Shown here one piece after another: positions 19,397 through 27,953 of a stretch of 64,000 nt of DNA (position 1 is the first letter of the stretch; each line of letters begins with the position of its first letter). The position numbers and the translations under genes are program-made. This stretch comes from Nannocystis bainbridge (GTDB lineage: Bacteria; Myxococcota_A; Polyangia; Nannocystales; Nannocystaceae): the NCBI RefSeq assembly GCF_028368995.1, contig NZ_JAQNDL010000004.1, positions 544,001-608,000 of the forward strand. Direction: 5' to 3'. Under the pieces are notes generated by a model that made no database searches, had not been told where the DNA came from, and was given only the letters and a program-made list of their open reading frames with translations.

Positions 19397-19816
19397 TCAG
19401 AAATCGATGACGACGGAGCGGGCCGAGACCTTGGCCGGGCCGTGGAACACCGCCTCGACGTTGTTGCCGGCGGGGTCGAGCAGGAACGCGGCGTAGTAGC
19501 CGGGGTGATACGGGCGCTCGCCGGGGGCCCCGTTGTCGCGGCCGCCCGCGGCCAGGCCGGCGGTGTGGAAGCGTTCGACGGCGCCACGATCGGGGGCCTG
19601 GAAGGCCAGGTGGACCCGCCCGGTGGTCTGACCCTGGGCCGCCTTGCTCTCGGCGGTGGAGATGAAGAGCTCGTCGTACCACACGTGGTCGTCGGCCTCG
19701 CCCCCGCGCGGGACGCCGAGAGCGCCGAGCACCGCGGCGTAGAAGCGCTTGGCCGCGGGGAGGTCGGTGACGACGAGCTGGATGTGATCGATGAGGCGAC
19801 CGCGGTGGAGCTGCAT
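19397..19816 (-). CDS. VOC/glyoxalase family protein
   Basis: IDHIQLVV, RVHLAFQA, GGRDNGAPGERPYHPGYYAAFLLDPAGNNVEAV. Confidence 0.92.
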   Translation of the reverse strand: MQLHRGRLIDHIQLVVTDLPAAKRFYAAVLGALGVPRGGEADDHVWYDELFISTAESKAAQGQTTGRVHLAFQAPDRGAVERFHTAGLAAGGRDNGAPGERPYHPGYYAAFLLDPAGNNVEAVFHGPAKVSARSVVIDF

Positions 19817-19856
19817 GCCCCACCGTAGCCGATCGTTCGGCGCGCGCAACGCCGAG

Positions 19857-21332
19857 TCAGGCGACGGCCTGGTAGTCGCGCAGGTCGAGCTGACGGGTGC
19901 GGAGCCAGTAGCTGACCGTAAAGCCAGGCCACAGCGCGGCGGCCCGACCATCGGCGGTCTGATACCAGCTCTTGCAGCCCGAAGACCACACCGTGCGGCC
20001 GAGCTGCTCGTAGAGCTCGCTGGCGAAGGCACTCTGGACCTCGGGGCGGACGTCGAGGGTCCGCAGGCCGCGGTCGCGGAGCGCCAGGATGCACTGCAGC
20101 GCGTAGCGGACCTGGGCCTCGATCATGAAGATCATCGAGTTGTGGCCGAGACCGGTGCCGGGGCCCATGAGCAGGTAGAGGTTGGGGAAGCCCGCGACGG
20201 TGATCCCGAGGTAGGTCTCGGGCTTGCCGCGCCAGTGGGCGTTGAGCTCGTGGCCGTCGGCGCCGACGATTGTGATGGCCGAGAGATAATCGGTGGCACG
20301 GAAGCCAGTGCCGAGGACGATGGCGTCGACCTCGCGCAGCACGCCGTCGCTGGTGCGCACGCCGGTCGGCTCGATGCGCTCGATCGCATCGGTCACCAGC
20401 TCGACGTTGGGCCGCGTCAGCGCCGGGTAGAAATCGTCGGAGATCAGGACGCGCTTGCAGCCCATGCGGTAGTCGGGCCGCAGGCGGGCGCGCAGGGCCG
20501 GATCGGCGATCTGGCGCGCGAGGTGCCGGCGCGCCAGCGGCTCGACCAGGCGCATGATCGCGGGCCGCATGAAGGCCAGCGCGCGCGCCTCGTGCTGCCA
20601 GTAGAGGCCGCTCCGCACCAGCCGCTGCAGGGCCGGCGCGCGGGCGTAGACGCGGCGCGCCAGCGGGCCGATCGGGTGGTCGGGCTTGGGCACGATCCAC
20701 GCGGGGGTGCGCTGGAACAGGTGCAGCCGCTGCACCTTCGGGGCGATCTGCGGCACGAACTGGATCGCGCTGGCGCCGGTGCCGATGACGGCGACTGTCT
20801 TTTGAGACATGTCGTAGCCGTGGTCCCAGCGGGCCGAGTGGAAGGTCTTGCCGGCGAAGCTGTCGAGCCCCGGCAGCTCGGGGTAAGCGGGCAGGTGGAG
20901 GGCTCCGTTGCCGAGCACGAGGGCGCGGGCGCTGTACTGCTCGCCTGCTTTGGTGCGCACGCGCCAGCGGCCGGCGGCGCGGTCGAACGCGGCGTGCTCG
21001 ACCTCGGCGCCGAAGCGGATGTGGCGGCGGACGTCGTACTTGTCGGCGCAGCGCTCGAGGTAGGCCTGGATCTCCGCCTGCAGCGGGAAGGCGCGGGTCC
21101 ACGCCGGGTTCTGCTCGAACGAGAACGAGTAGAGGTGCGAGGGGATGTCGCAGGCGGCCCCGGGATAGGTGTTGTCGCGCCAGGTGCCGCCGACGCTCGT
21201 GGCCTTCTCGAGCACGACGAAATCGGTGACGCCGACGCGGCGCAGCTGGATAGCCATGCACAGGCCGGAGAAGCCGGCGCCGACGATCACCACGTCGACG
21301 TCGCGGGAGGTGCTCGCAGCGAGTTCGGTCAT
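19857..21332 (-). CDS. Flavin-containing (Baeyer-Villiger-type) monooxygenase
   Basis: GAGFSG, GGTWRDNTYPGAACD, FHSARWD fingerprint, GTGASA. Confidence 0.93.
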   Translation of the reverse strand: MTELAASTSRDVDVVIVGAGFSGLCMAIQLRRVGVTDFVVLEKATSVGGTWRDNTYPGAACDIPSHLYSFSFEQNPAWTRAFPLQAEIQAYLERCADKYDVRRHIRFGAEVEHAAFDRAAGRWRVRTKAGEQYSARALVLGNGALHLPAYPELPGLDSFAGKTFHSARWDHGYDMSQKTVAVIGTGASAIQFVPQIAPKVQRLHLFQRTPAWIVPKPDHPIGPLARRVYARAPALQRLVRSGLYWQHEARALAFMRPAIMRLVEPLARRHLARQIADPALRARLRPDYRMGCKRVLISDDFYPALTRPNVELVTDAIERIEPTGVRTSDGVLREVDAIVLGTGFRATDYLSAITIVGADGHELNAHWRGKPETYLGITVAGFPNLYLLMGPGTGLGHNSMIFMIEAQVRYALQCILALRDRGLRTLDVRPEVQSAFASELYEQLGRTVWSSGCKSWYQTADGRAAALWPGFTVSYWLRTRQLDLRDYQAVA

Positions 21333-21362
21333 CGGCCGCAGTGTAGCGTGGGGCGACGCGGG

Positions 21363-22265
21363 TCACGGCGCTCTCGCGCTGCGCACGTCGAGGGCGACGA
21401 GCCGCTCGCGCAGGCGCGAGGCCGCGGGCGGCAAGCTGGCGCCGCGCCGCCACATCAGGCGGTACGTCACGTGGCCGAGCTCGGGCACCGGGCGCGCGAC
21501 GGCGCCGCGAGGCAGGCTGCAGCTGCCGTTGACGATGGCGACGCCGAGGCCGAGGCCGGCGAGGTGCAGCATCAGCGGCCAGCCGTCGGCCTCGATCGGC
21601 GGCGCGCCGACGTCTGCCAGGCCGGCCAGCGCGCGGCCGACGAACGCGCGGTGCGACTGGCCCGCGGGGGCGAGGATCAGCCGCTCCCCCGCGAGGTCGG
21701 CCAGGCGCACGCGACGACGCCGGGCCAGGCGGTGACTGGCGGCCATCGCCACGCACAGCGGGGTGCGCAGGAGATCGCGGGCGACCAACTCCTCGGGCAC
21801 GAGGTCGACGACACCCACTGCCAGGTGAGCCGCGCCCTCACGCACGGCCTCGGCGGCGTCGGGCCCGCCGCGGGTGATCGGGCACAGCGTGGCGTCGGGC
21901 TCGTCGCGCGCGAAGGCCCGCAGGCTCGGGCCGAGCAGGTAGAGGTACGCGCCCTCGCCGGCGGCCAGGACGACGCGCTCGCGCCGGGCCTCGCCGCGCA
22001 GCTCGGCGAGGAAGCTCCGGGTACGCGCCAGCTCCTCGCGGGCGAACGCGGCCACCCGCACGCCGGCGTCGGTGAGCCGCAACTGACGGCCCTCGCGCTC
22101 GTACAGCGCCGCGCCGACCTCCTGCGCGAGGCGGGCGATCCGCTCGAACAGGGCCGGCTGCGACAGGCCGACCACCTTGGCCGCGCGGGTGAGGTTGAGG
22201 GCGTCGGCGAAGGCCACGAACGCGCGCAGCAGCTCACCGTCGAGTATCGGCACGACCGATGACAT
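21363..22265 (-). CDS. LysR-family transcriptional regulator
   Basis: HTH NLTRAAKVVGLSQPAL...LYEREGRQLRLTDAG; start may be GTG 22253. Confidence 0.9.
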   Translation of the reverse strand: MSSVVPILDGELLRAFVAFADALNLTRAAKVVGLSQPALFERIARLAQEVGAALYEREGRQLRLTDAGVRVAAFAREELARTRSFLAELRGEARRERVVLAAGEGAYLYLLGPSLRAFARDEPDATLCPITRGGPDAAEAVREGAAHLAVGVVDLVPEELVARDLLRTPLCVAMAASHRLARRRRVRLADLAGERLILAPAGQSHRAFVGRALAGLADVGAPPIEADGWPLMLHLAGLGLGVAIVNGSCSLPRGAVARPVPELGHVTYRLMWRRGASLPPAASRLRERLVALDVRSARAP

Positions 22266-22315
22266 ATCGAAGCATTCTAGACGACGCCGATAGCTCGCGG
22301 GGCCACCCTTCCAGC

Positions 22316-22867
22316 ATGCACGACGCCACCGCCGCTCCTCGCAGCTCGGCCGCCTGGTGGGCCGAGACCAAGGCCGACCCCGCGCGCCTGCTCGCCTGGC
22401 TGTTCGCGCAGTACCGCGGCGAGGTCACCGCCGCGCAGCGGATCGCCCGTCTGCGCGACGCCCACGCGACCCCGGGCAGCCGGGCTTACCGGCTGCTGAC
22501 GGCGATCGCCGGGCAGGAGCGCGACCACGCCGAGTGGGTCGGGGCGCTGCTGCAGGCCCGCGGCCACGCGCCCGCGGTGGTCGGCCCGGCCGAGGCGCGC
22601 TACTGGCGAGCGACGCTGCCCGGCATCGACGACCTCGAGACCGGCTGCGCCGTGGGGGCCCACGCCGAGGCGATGCGGCTGGCGCGGATCGAGGCGATCG
22701 CGGGCGATACGACGGCGCCGGCCGACATCCGCGCGGTGTTCGCCCGCATCCTGCCGCAGGAGCGCTTCCACGAGCGGGCGTTTCGCTCGCTGGCGACGCC
22801 GGCGAGCCTGGCCGCGACGCGCGGGGCCCACGAGCTCGGCCGCGCGGTGCTCGGGCTCGAGGCGTGA
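22316..22867 (+). CDS. Ferritin-like domain protein
   Basis: QYRGE, QERDH, HAEAMR and QERFH form a di-iron-type E...ExxH pattern twice. Confidence 0.75.
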   Translation: MHDATAAPRSSAAWWAETKADPARLLAWLFAQYRGEVTAAQRIARLRDAHATPGSRAYRLLTAIAGQERDHAEWVGALLQARGHAPAVVGPAEARYWRATLPGIDDLETGCAVGAHAEAMRLARIEAIAGDTTAPADIRAVFARILPQERFHERAFRSLATPASLAATRGAHELGRAVLGLEA

Positions 22868-22881
22868 GGCGGCAGATCGGC

Positions 22882-22951
22882 TGTCTGCGAGAGCATGTCT
22901 CCGAGGGCATGTCTCGAAGAGCATGTCGTGAAGGACATGGCCTCGAGGTCT
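22882..22951. repeat. Five 14-bp units between convergent genes
   Basis: TG starts at 22882, 22896, 22910, 22924 and 22938. Confidence 0.9.
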
Positions 22952-22985
22952 TGTGGTGTGCGGTGCGTCCCGACCGGCTCCGGCC

Positions 22986-24893
22986 TCATGCGCCCGGCGA
23001 GTACCAGATCGGGCTGGTCCAGGCGCGCTCCTGGATGGTGCGCGGGACGGTCGGGTCGCTGCACGCGGGCGGGCGGGCGTCCTCGGCGAGGCCGAGGCAG
23101 TCGCGCCAGCTCCAGCGGCACACCGGGTCCTCGATCACGCGCACGTAATAAAAGGCGGGGCGCGCCGGGTCGAATTCGGGGTCGCGCCAGACCCCGCACA
23201 GGAGGGCCGCGCCGCGCTGCTCGGCGGCGCAGGTGGCCTCGTCGACGCTCGAGCCGTCGGGTCCGCCGGCGACGTCGATCACCGCGATCTGGCCGACGCC
23301 GTCCTCGTCTTGCCAGCCCTTGATCACCTGGATCCGCTCGAGCCGCGACCCGGGCGCGCCGGCGCTGCCGGGGTCCATCTGCGCGCTGACGGCGATGACC
23401 GGGCCCGACGTACCTGTCCTTTCAGGCAGGATCGCCCCCATCGGCACGCCGCGAGCGTCGGCGGCCGCGACGAAGTCGCCGGCGCCGCACAGATCTTCGG
23501 GCAGGCCCCAGCCGCCGAACACCCGCACGGCCATGCGCGGGCCGCTGGTGCCGTAGACCTCGCGGCGGCGGAGCGCGTCCCAGATCGACTCGCGGCTGTT
23601 CTCCTCGGCCCACACCGCGACCAGGCCGCCGGGGCTGTTGCGCGCGCCCGCGGGCACGTTGCCGGTGAGGCGGGTGACGGGGTCGCTCTCGCGGGCGCCG
23701 AAGTGGCCGGGGTAGGTCGCCTCCTCGACGTTGCCGGGCGTGCCGTTGTGGGTGTCGGTGCTGGCGATGACGCCGAGGCGGAACGGGTTGACGCCGAGGC
23801 GCTGCTCGGCGCCGAGGCCGGCGAGCAGGATCCCGCGCAGGAAATCGAGGCGCGACACGCAGCCGCGGCCGACCATGCCCTGGCTGCCGGTGCCGTCGCC
23901 GCAGTCGTCGAACGGCAGCACGCGCAGCTTCTCGAAGTCGCACAGCTCGTCGGGCGGGCCGAGGCCGACGACCCCGCGCGAGCACTCCGAGTCGCCCTTG
24001 TGCTGGTAGATCTCGAGCAGCGGCTCGAGGTCGGCGCGGACCTCGGCGAGCTCGGTCTCGTCGGCGCCGGCGGGCAACTCGGGCGTGAACAGGTTGCCGT
24101 TCGACCAGTTGCTGTTGTGCGGGATCGCCAGCACGTCGCAGCCCTCGCGGCCCTCGCGGCACTCGCCCTGCAGCCGCTGCCACAGCTCGCCGGCGGTCGG
24201 CGCCTCGAAGTGCGTGACCGGCAGCGCGGGTACGCGGCTCGAGCGGAAGATGACGTTGCGGTGGAGGTTCGACAGCATGCGCGAGCCCGACCACTCGTAG
24301 GCGACGAAGCTGGTGAAGCGGCAGGCGGCGGAGCGGTCGTAGGCGGCCTCGGCGGCCTCCTGCACGCGCTTCCACACCGCCCCGGCCCGCGCCTCGCAGT
24401 CGAGCCCGCCCTTGCCGCACAGGTCGTCCCAGCGGGTCGCGTCGTCGCCGTCGAGGCCGAGGCCGAAGTTGACGAGCGCCGCGGTGGTGCCGGCGCGGAA
24501 GTCCTGGCAGCGGTCGCTGTCGTAGACGGCCGAGCCCGGGGTGGTGCAGCCCTCGACCTCGGCCAGGTATTCGGCGTGATCGGTGACGGCGGCGAAGTCG
24601 AGCGGGCGCGCGAGCTTCATGCCGGCGACCTGCTCGCCGCGGGCGAACCGGTAGGCGCCGGCCGGATCGGTGCGCACGTCGTTGATCCAGGCGTCGAACG
24701 AGTAGGCGGTGTGGACGTGGAGATCGCCGAAGTAGAGGTTGCGCTGCGGGTTGCGGTCGCTGCACGCCTCGCGGCGGTCGACGAACGGCTCCGGCTCGGG
24801 GCGACAGGCGAGCTGACCCATCAGGCATGTCGTCAGAGACATGGCCGAAACGACAGGGCGAAGAGAACAGGTTCGATGGGACAGGCCGGTCAT
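22986..24893 (-). CDS. DUF3604 domain protein (PHP-like metallohydrolase)
   Basis: YFGDLHVHTAYSFDA, LDFAAVTDHAEYL, NLHRNVIFR, IPHNSNWSNG, STDTHNG, IQERAWTSPIWY. Confidence 0.92.
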   Translation of the reverse strand: MTGLSHRTCSLRPVVSAMSLTTCLMGQLACRPEPEPFVDRREACSDRNPQRNLYFGDLHVHTAYSFDAWINDVRTDPAGAYRFARGEQVAGMKLARPLDFAAVTDHAEYLAEVEGCTTPGSAVYDSDRCQDFRAGTTAALVNFGLGLDGDDATRWDDLCGKGGLDCEARAGAVWKRVQEAAEAAYDRSAACRFTSFVAYEWSGSRMLSNLHRNVIFRSSRVPALPVTHFEAPTAGELWQRLQGECREGREGCDVLAIPHNSNWSNGNLFTPELPAGADETELAEVRADLEPLLEIYQHKGDSECSRGVVGLGPPDELCDFEKLRVLPFDDCGDGTGSQGMVGRGCVSRLDFLRGILLAGLGAEQRLGVNPFRLGVIASTDTHNGTPGNVEEATYPGHFGARESDPVTRLTGNVPAGARNSPGGLVAVWAEENSRESIWDALRRREVYGTSGPRMAVRVFGGWGLPEDLCGAGDFVAAADARGVPMGAILPERTGTSGPVIAVSAQMDPGSAGAPGSRLERIQVIKGWQDEDGVGQIAVIDVAGGPDGSSVDEATCAAEQRGAALLCGVWRDPEFDPARPAFYYVRVIEDPVCRWSWRDCLGLAEDARPPACSDPTVPRTIQERAWTSPIWYSPGA

Positions 24894-26074
24894 GCGGGGC
24901 TCCAGAAGGCGAGGACGCGCTCGATGGTCCAGGCGACGGCGACGGCGCCGAGGGCGAGGGCCGGGAGGGCGCGCAGCGGGGCGCGCGCGCGGGTCGGCAG
25001 GCGAGCGAGGCCGGCGCGGGCGAGGGCGGCGAGGGCGAGCACGACGGCGGCGACCAGCAACTGGCCGAGCTCGACGCCGGCGTTGAAGGCCAGCAGCGCC
25101 GGCACGGCGGCCCCCTGCGGCAGGCCGATCTCGGCCAGCGCGCCGGCGAAGCCGAGGCCGTGGAGCAGCCCGCAGGCGCCGGCGAGGCGCCAGGCGGCGC
25201 CGGTCGAGGGCTTCTCGCCGAGGGCGAGGGCGCGGGCCAACAGCACCAGCGAGACGGCGATGCAGGCCTCGACGGGCGCCTGCGGCAGCGCGAGCAGGCC
25301 GAGCGCCGCGAGCGCGAGGGTGAGGCTGTGGGCCGCCGTGAAGGCCGTGAGGGCGCCAGCGAGCCGCAGCGCCGGGCGCACGAGCAGCGTGAGGCCGGCG
25401 ACGAACAGCAGGTGATCGGCGCCGCCGAGGATGTGCTCGACGCCGAGGGCGAGGTAGCCGGGCGGCGGGCCGGGGCTCGGGTCGAGCGGGGCGGTGGTTT
25501 GACCTGGCCGGAGGACCATGGTCTGAAGGCCAGCCTCGGGGCGGCGCAGGTGGACGATCAGCTCGCCGCGCGCGAGGCCGGTGACGCCGAGCTCGCCGCG
25601 CAGGCCGTCGGGACCGCAGTTGGCGCGCAGGCGGCCGGGCGGGGCGGGCGAGGGCCGACAGTGCGGCGGGAGCTCGACGCGCAGGGCCTGGAGGTCGGGC
25701 TCGGGCGGGAGCTCGAGGCGGCCCTGGACGCGGCCGTCGGCGGCCTGCTCGAGCACGAGCACGGCCGGGCGGAACTCGTGGGCGCGGGCAACCGAGGCGT
25801 GGAGCAGCAGCGGCGCGGCGATGATCGCGGCGAGTGCTTTTGAGCCCGCCGCGGGCGGCGTCGGACGCGAGATCGAGGTGGCCGAAAGGACAGGTAATTC
25901 AGAAAGTTTCGCAGGGATCGCGGGCTGCGGCGCCGCGCACCGGGTCCGAGCGGAGGTTGAGATGGCCGAAGGGACAGGTAGGCCTCCGGGAGCGGTGCCT
26001 GCGAGCCGCGACGGGCGGGCGAGCGCCATGTCCGAAGGGACATGTGATGCGCCCGGTATGACTTCGGCGGTCAC
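24890..26074 (-). CDS. HupE/UreJ family protein with a long motif-bearing N-terminal extension
   Basis: ARAHEFRP, LGVEHILGGADHLLFV, FTAAHSLTL, GLLHGLGFAG, FNAGVELGQ; GTG overlaps the upstream stop; true start uncertain. Confidence 0.85.
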   Translation of the reverse strand: MTAEVIPGASHVPSDMALARPSRLAGTAPGGLPVPSAISTSARTRCAAPQPAIPAKLSELPVLSATSISRPTPPAAGSKALAAIIAAPLLLHASVARAHEFRPAVLVLEQAADGRVQGRLELPPEPDLQALRVELPPHCRPSPAPPGRLRANCGPDGLRGELGVTGLARGELIVHLRRPEAGLQTMVLRPGQTTAPLDPSPGPPPGYLALGVEHILGGADHLLFVAGLTLLVRPALRLAGALTAFTAAHSLTLALAALGLLALPQAPVEACIAVSLVLLARALALGEKPSTGAAWRLAGACGLLHGLGFAGALAEIGLPQGAAVPALLAFNAGVELGQLLVAAVVLALAALARAGLARLPTRARAPLRALPALALGAVAVAWTIERVLAFWSPA

Positions 26075-26925
26075 AGGTCGTGCTCCGCGAGCATCGCGGC
26101 GAGGTCGGCCGGCAGGTCGGTCAGGTCGGCGGGGTCGCTGCGGCGCAGCTCGGCGAGCGCGGCCTCGACGGCCTCGGCGCGGCGGCGCTCGGCCAGGTCG
26201 GCGGCCAGCCGCGGGCGCGCGGCGGCGAGCGGCAGCAGCTCGGCGGGCGCGCGGGCGTCGACGCGGACGGCGTGGGCGCCGAGCGGAGACTGTACGATCG
26301 ACCATGTCCCTGCGGGCATGTCCGTGAGGGCAGCCGCGAACTCGGGCCCGAACAGGCCGGCGTAGTCGCTGGCGGGGCGCAGGCCGAAGCGGCGGGCGTG
26401 CGGGCCCGGATCGCCGAGCGCGGCCGGATCGGCGCCGGCTTCGAGGAGGCGGACCAGCTCGCCCGCGGCGGCCGCGGGATCGGGGTGACGCCCGCGCGCG
26501 GCGAGCACCTGCGTCAGCGCGAGCCGGGCAGGCGCGGAGTAGCGGGCCGGTTCGGCGTCGCGCAGGGCCAGCAGGGCGGCGTCGGCGAAGGAGTCGACGT
26601 CGGCGGTCGATTCGTGGGCGAGGCGCAGCTTCTGGATCAGGCGCCGGCGCACGATCGGGTCGTCACGATCGAGGCCGAGGCGCACGGCCTCGCGGGCCAT
26701 GCGCTCGTCGTCGAGCGCGTCGCGCAGGGCCGCGGCCAGCTCGCGGTCGTCGGGGGCTCGCGCGAGCCGCTCGGTCAGCCCGGCCCGGGTCGACTCGACG
26801 CGGTCGCGGTCGACCCGCATGCCCGCGTCCGGATCGGGGCGCACTTGCGCGTGCAGGGCGAACAGGGCCAGCCCCGCGACGAGGAATTGGACGAGCGGTT
26901 CGCGGACGAGGGCGCGCCAGGTCAA
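26071..26925 (-). CDS. Parvulin-like peptidylprolyl isomerase domain protein
   Basis: REPLVQFL, REAVRLGLDRDDPIVRRRLIQK, FGPEFA, SPLGAHAVRV; the usual partner of DUF3604/HupE. Confidence 0.82.
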   Translation of the reverse strand: MTWRALVREPLVQFLVAGLALFALHAQVRPDPDAGMRVDRDRVESTRAGLTERLARAPDDRELAAALRDALDDERMAREAVRLGLDRDDPIVRRRLIQKLRLAHESTADVDSFADAALLALRDAEPARYSAPARLALTQVLAARGRHPDPAAAAGELVRLLEAGADPAALGDPGPHARRFGLRPASDYAGLFGPEFAAALTDMPAGTWSIVQSPLGAHAVRVDARAPAELLPLAAARPRLAADLAERRRAEAVEAALAELRRSDPADLTDLPADLAAMLAEHDL

Positions 26926-27042
26926 GGCGCGGAACTATCCCTCGCGGGCGCCCGCGCGGGCAAGGGGCGGCCGCGCGGTGTCCGGCAATTCGACCGCAAT
27001 CGCGTGCTGGCGGCGGCGACGGGGTGGCGTACGATCGGCGGC

Positions 27043-27861
27043 ATGTCACTCGCAGGGCTGGCCAAGGACACGGTGGCGATCGTCGAGCGCGGCAGTTACA
27101 CCGGTCCTTCGGGACAGGTGGTGTCGATCGCCGCGGCGGTCGCGGCGGCGCAGGCAGGGACGGTGCTGTATCGGCCGCAAGACTTCGACGATCTGCCGAT
27201 CCCCGCCGGCGCCGGGCAGGGGCCGAAGATCGAGGTGTGGGCCGACACCACCGGCGGGGCGGCGCGCCGGCTGGTCGAGAAGGAGGGCGTGGCCGAGGTC
27301 GCGGCGCTCAACTTCGCCTCGGCCCGCAACCCCGGGGGCGGGTTCCTCGGCGGCGCCAAGGCGCAGGAGGAGGAGCTCGCCCGCTGCTCGGCGCTCTACC
27401 ACTGCTTGCTCGAGGCCCGCGAGTACTACGACGTCAACCGCGCCAACGAGTCGGTGCTCTACACCGACCACGTGATCTGGTCGCCGGGGGTCCCGTTCTT
27501 CCGCGACGAGCGGCTCGACCTGCTGGAGCGGCCGTTCCATGTCGGCGTCGTCACGGCGCCGGCTCCCAACGCGGGCGAGCACCTGCGCCGGGCGCCGAAC
27601 GGGCGCAAGGATGTCTCGACGGCGCTGCAGCGTCGGGCCGAGCGGGTGCTGCGGGTGCTGGCGCGTCACGGGCAGCACACGCTGGTCCTGGGGGCGTGGG
27701 GTTGCGGGGTGTTCCGCAACGATCCGAAGGAGGTCGCCCAGGTGTTCGCCGATCTGCTGCGCACGACCTACGCGAAGTCGTTCGCCCGGGTGGTGTTCGC
27801 GATCTACGACCGGACCCGCGACAGGGCCACGCTGGGGGCGTTCGAGCGCGTGTTCGGCTGA
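27043..27861 (+). CDS. TIGR02452 family protein (microbial-type PARG macrodomain)
   Basis: LNFASARNPGGGFLGGAKAQEEELARCS; LVLGAWGCGVFRNDP. Confidence 0.92.
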   Translation: MSLAGLAKDTVAIVERGSYTGPSGQVVSIAAAVAAAQAGTVLYRPQDFDDLPIPAGAGQGPKIEVWADTTGGAARRLVEKEGVAEVAALNFASARNPGGGFLGGAKAQEEELARCSALYHCLLEAREYYDVNRANESVLYTDHVIWSPGVPFFRDERLDLLERPFHVGVVTAPAPNAGEHLRRAPNGRKDVSTALQRRAERVLRVLARHGQHTLVLGAWGCGVFRNDPKEVAQVFADLLRTTYAKSFARVVFAIYDRTRDRATLGAFERVFG

Positions 27862-27953
27862 GCCGCGGCGCCGGGTGGTTCGGGGCATCGGGGGCACGGA
27901 GCAGATCCGTGCAGTGCTGCGCGCGGGTACCCGTTCTGGTATCGCTGGCGGCG

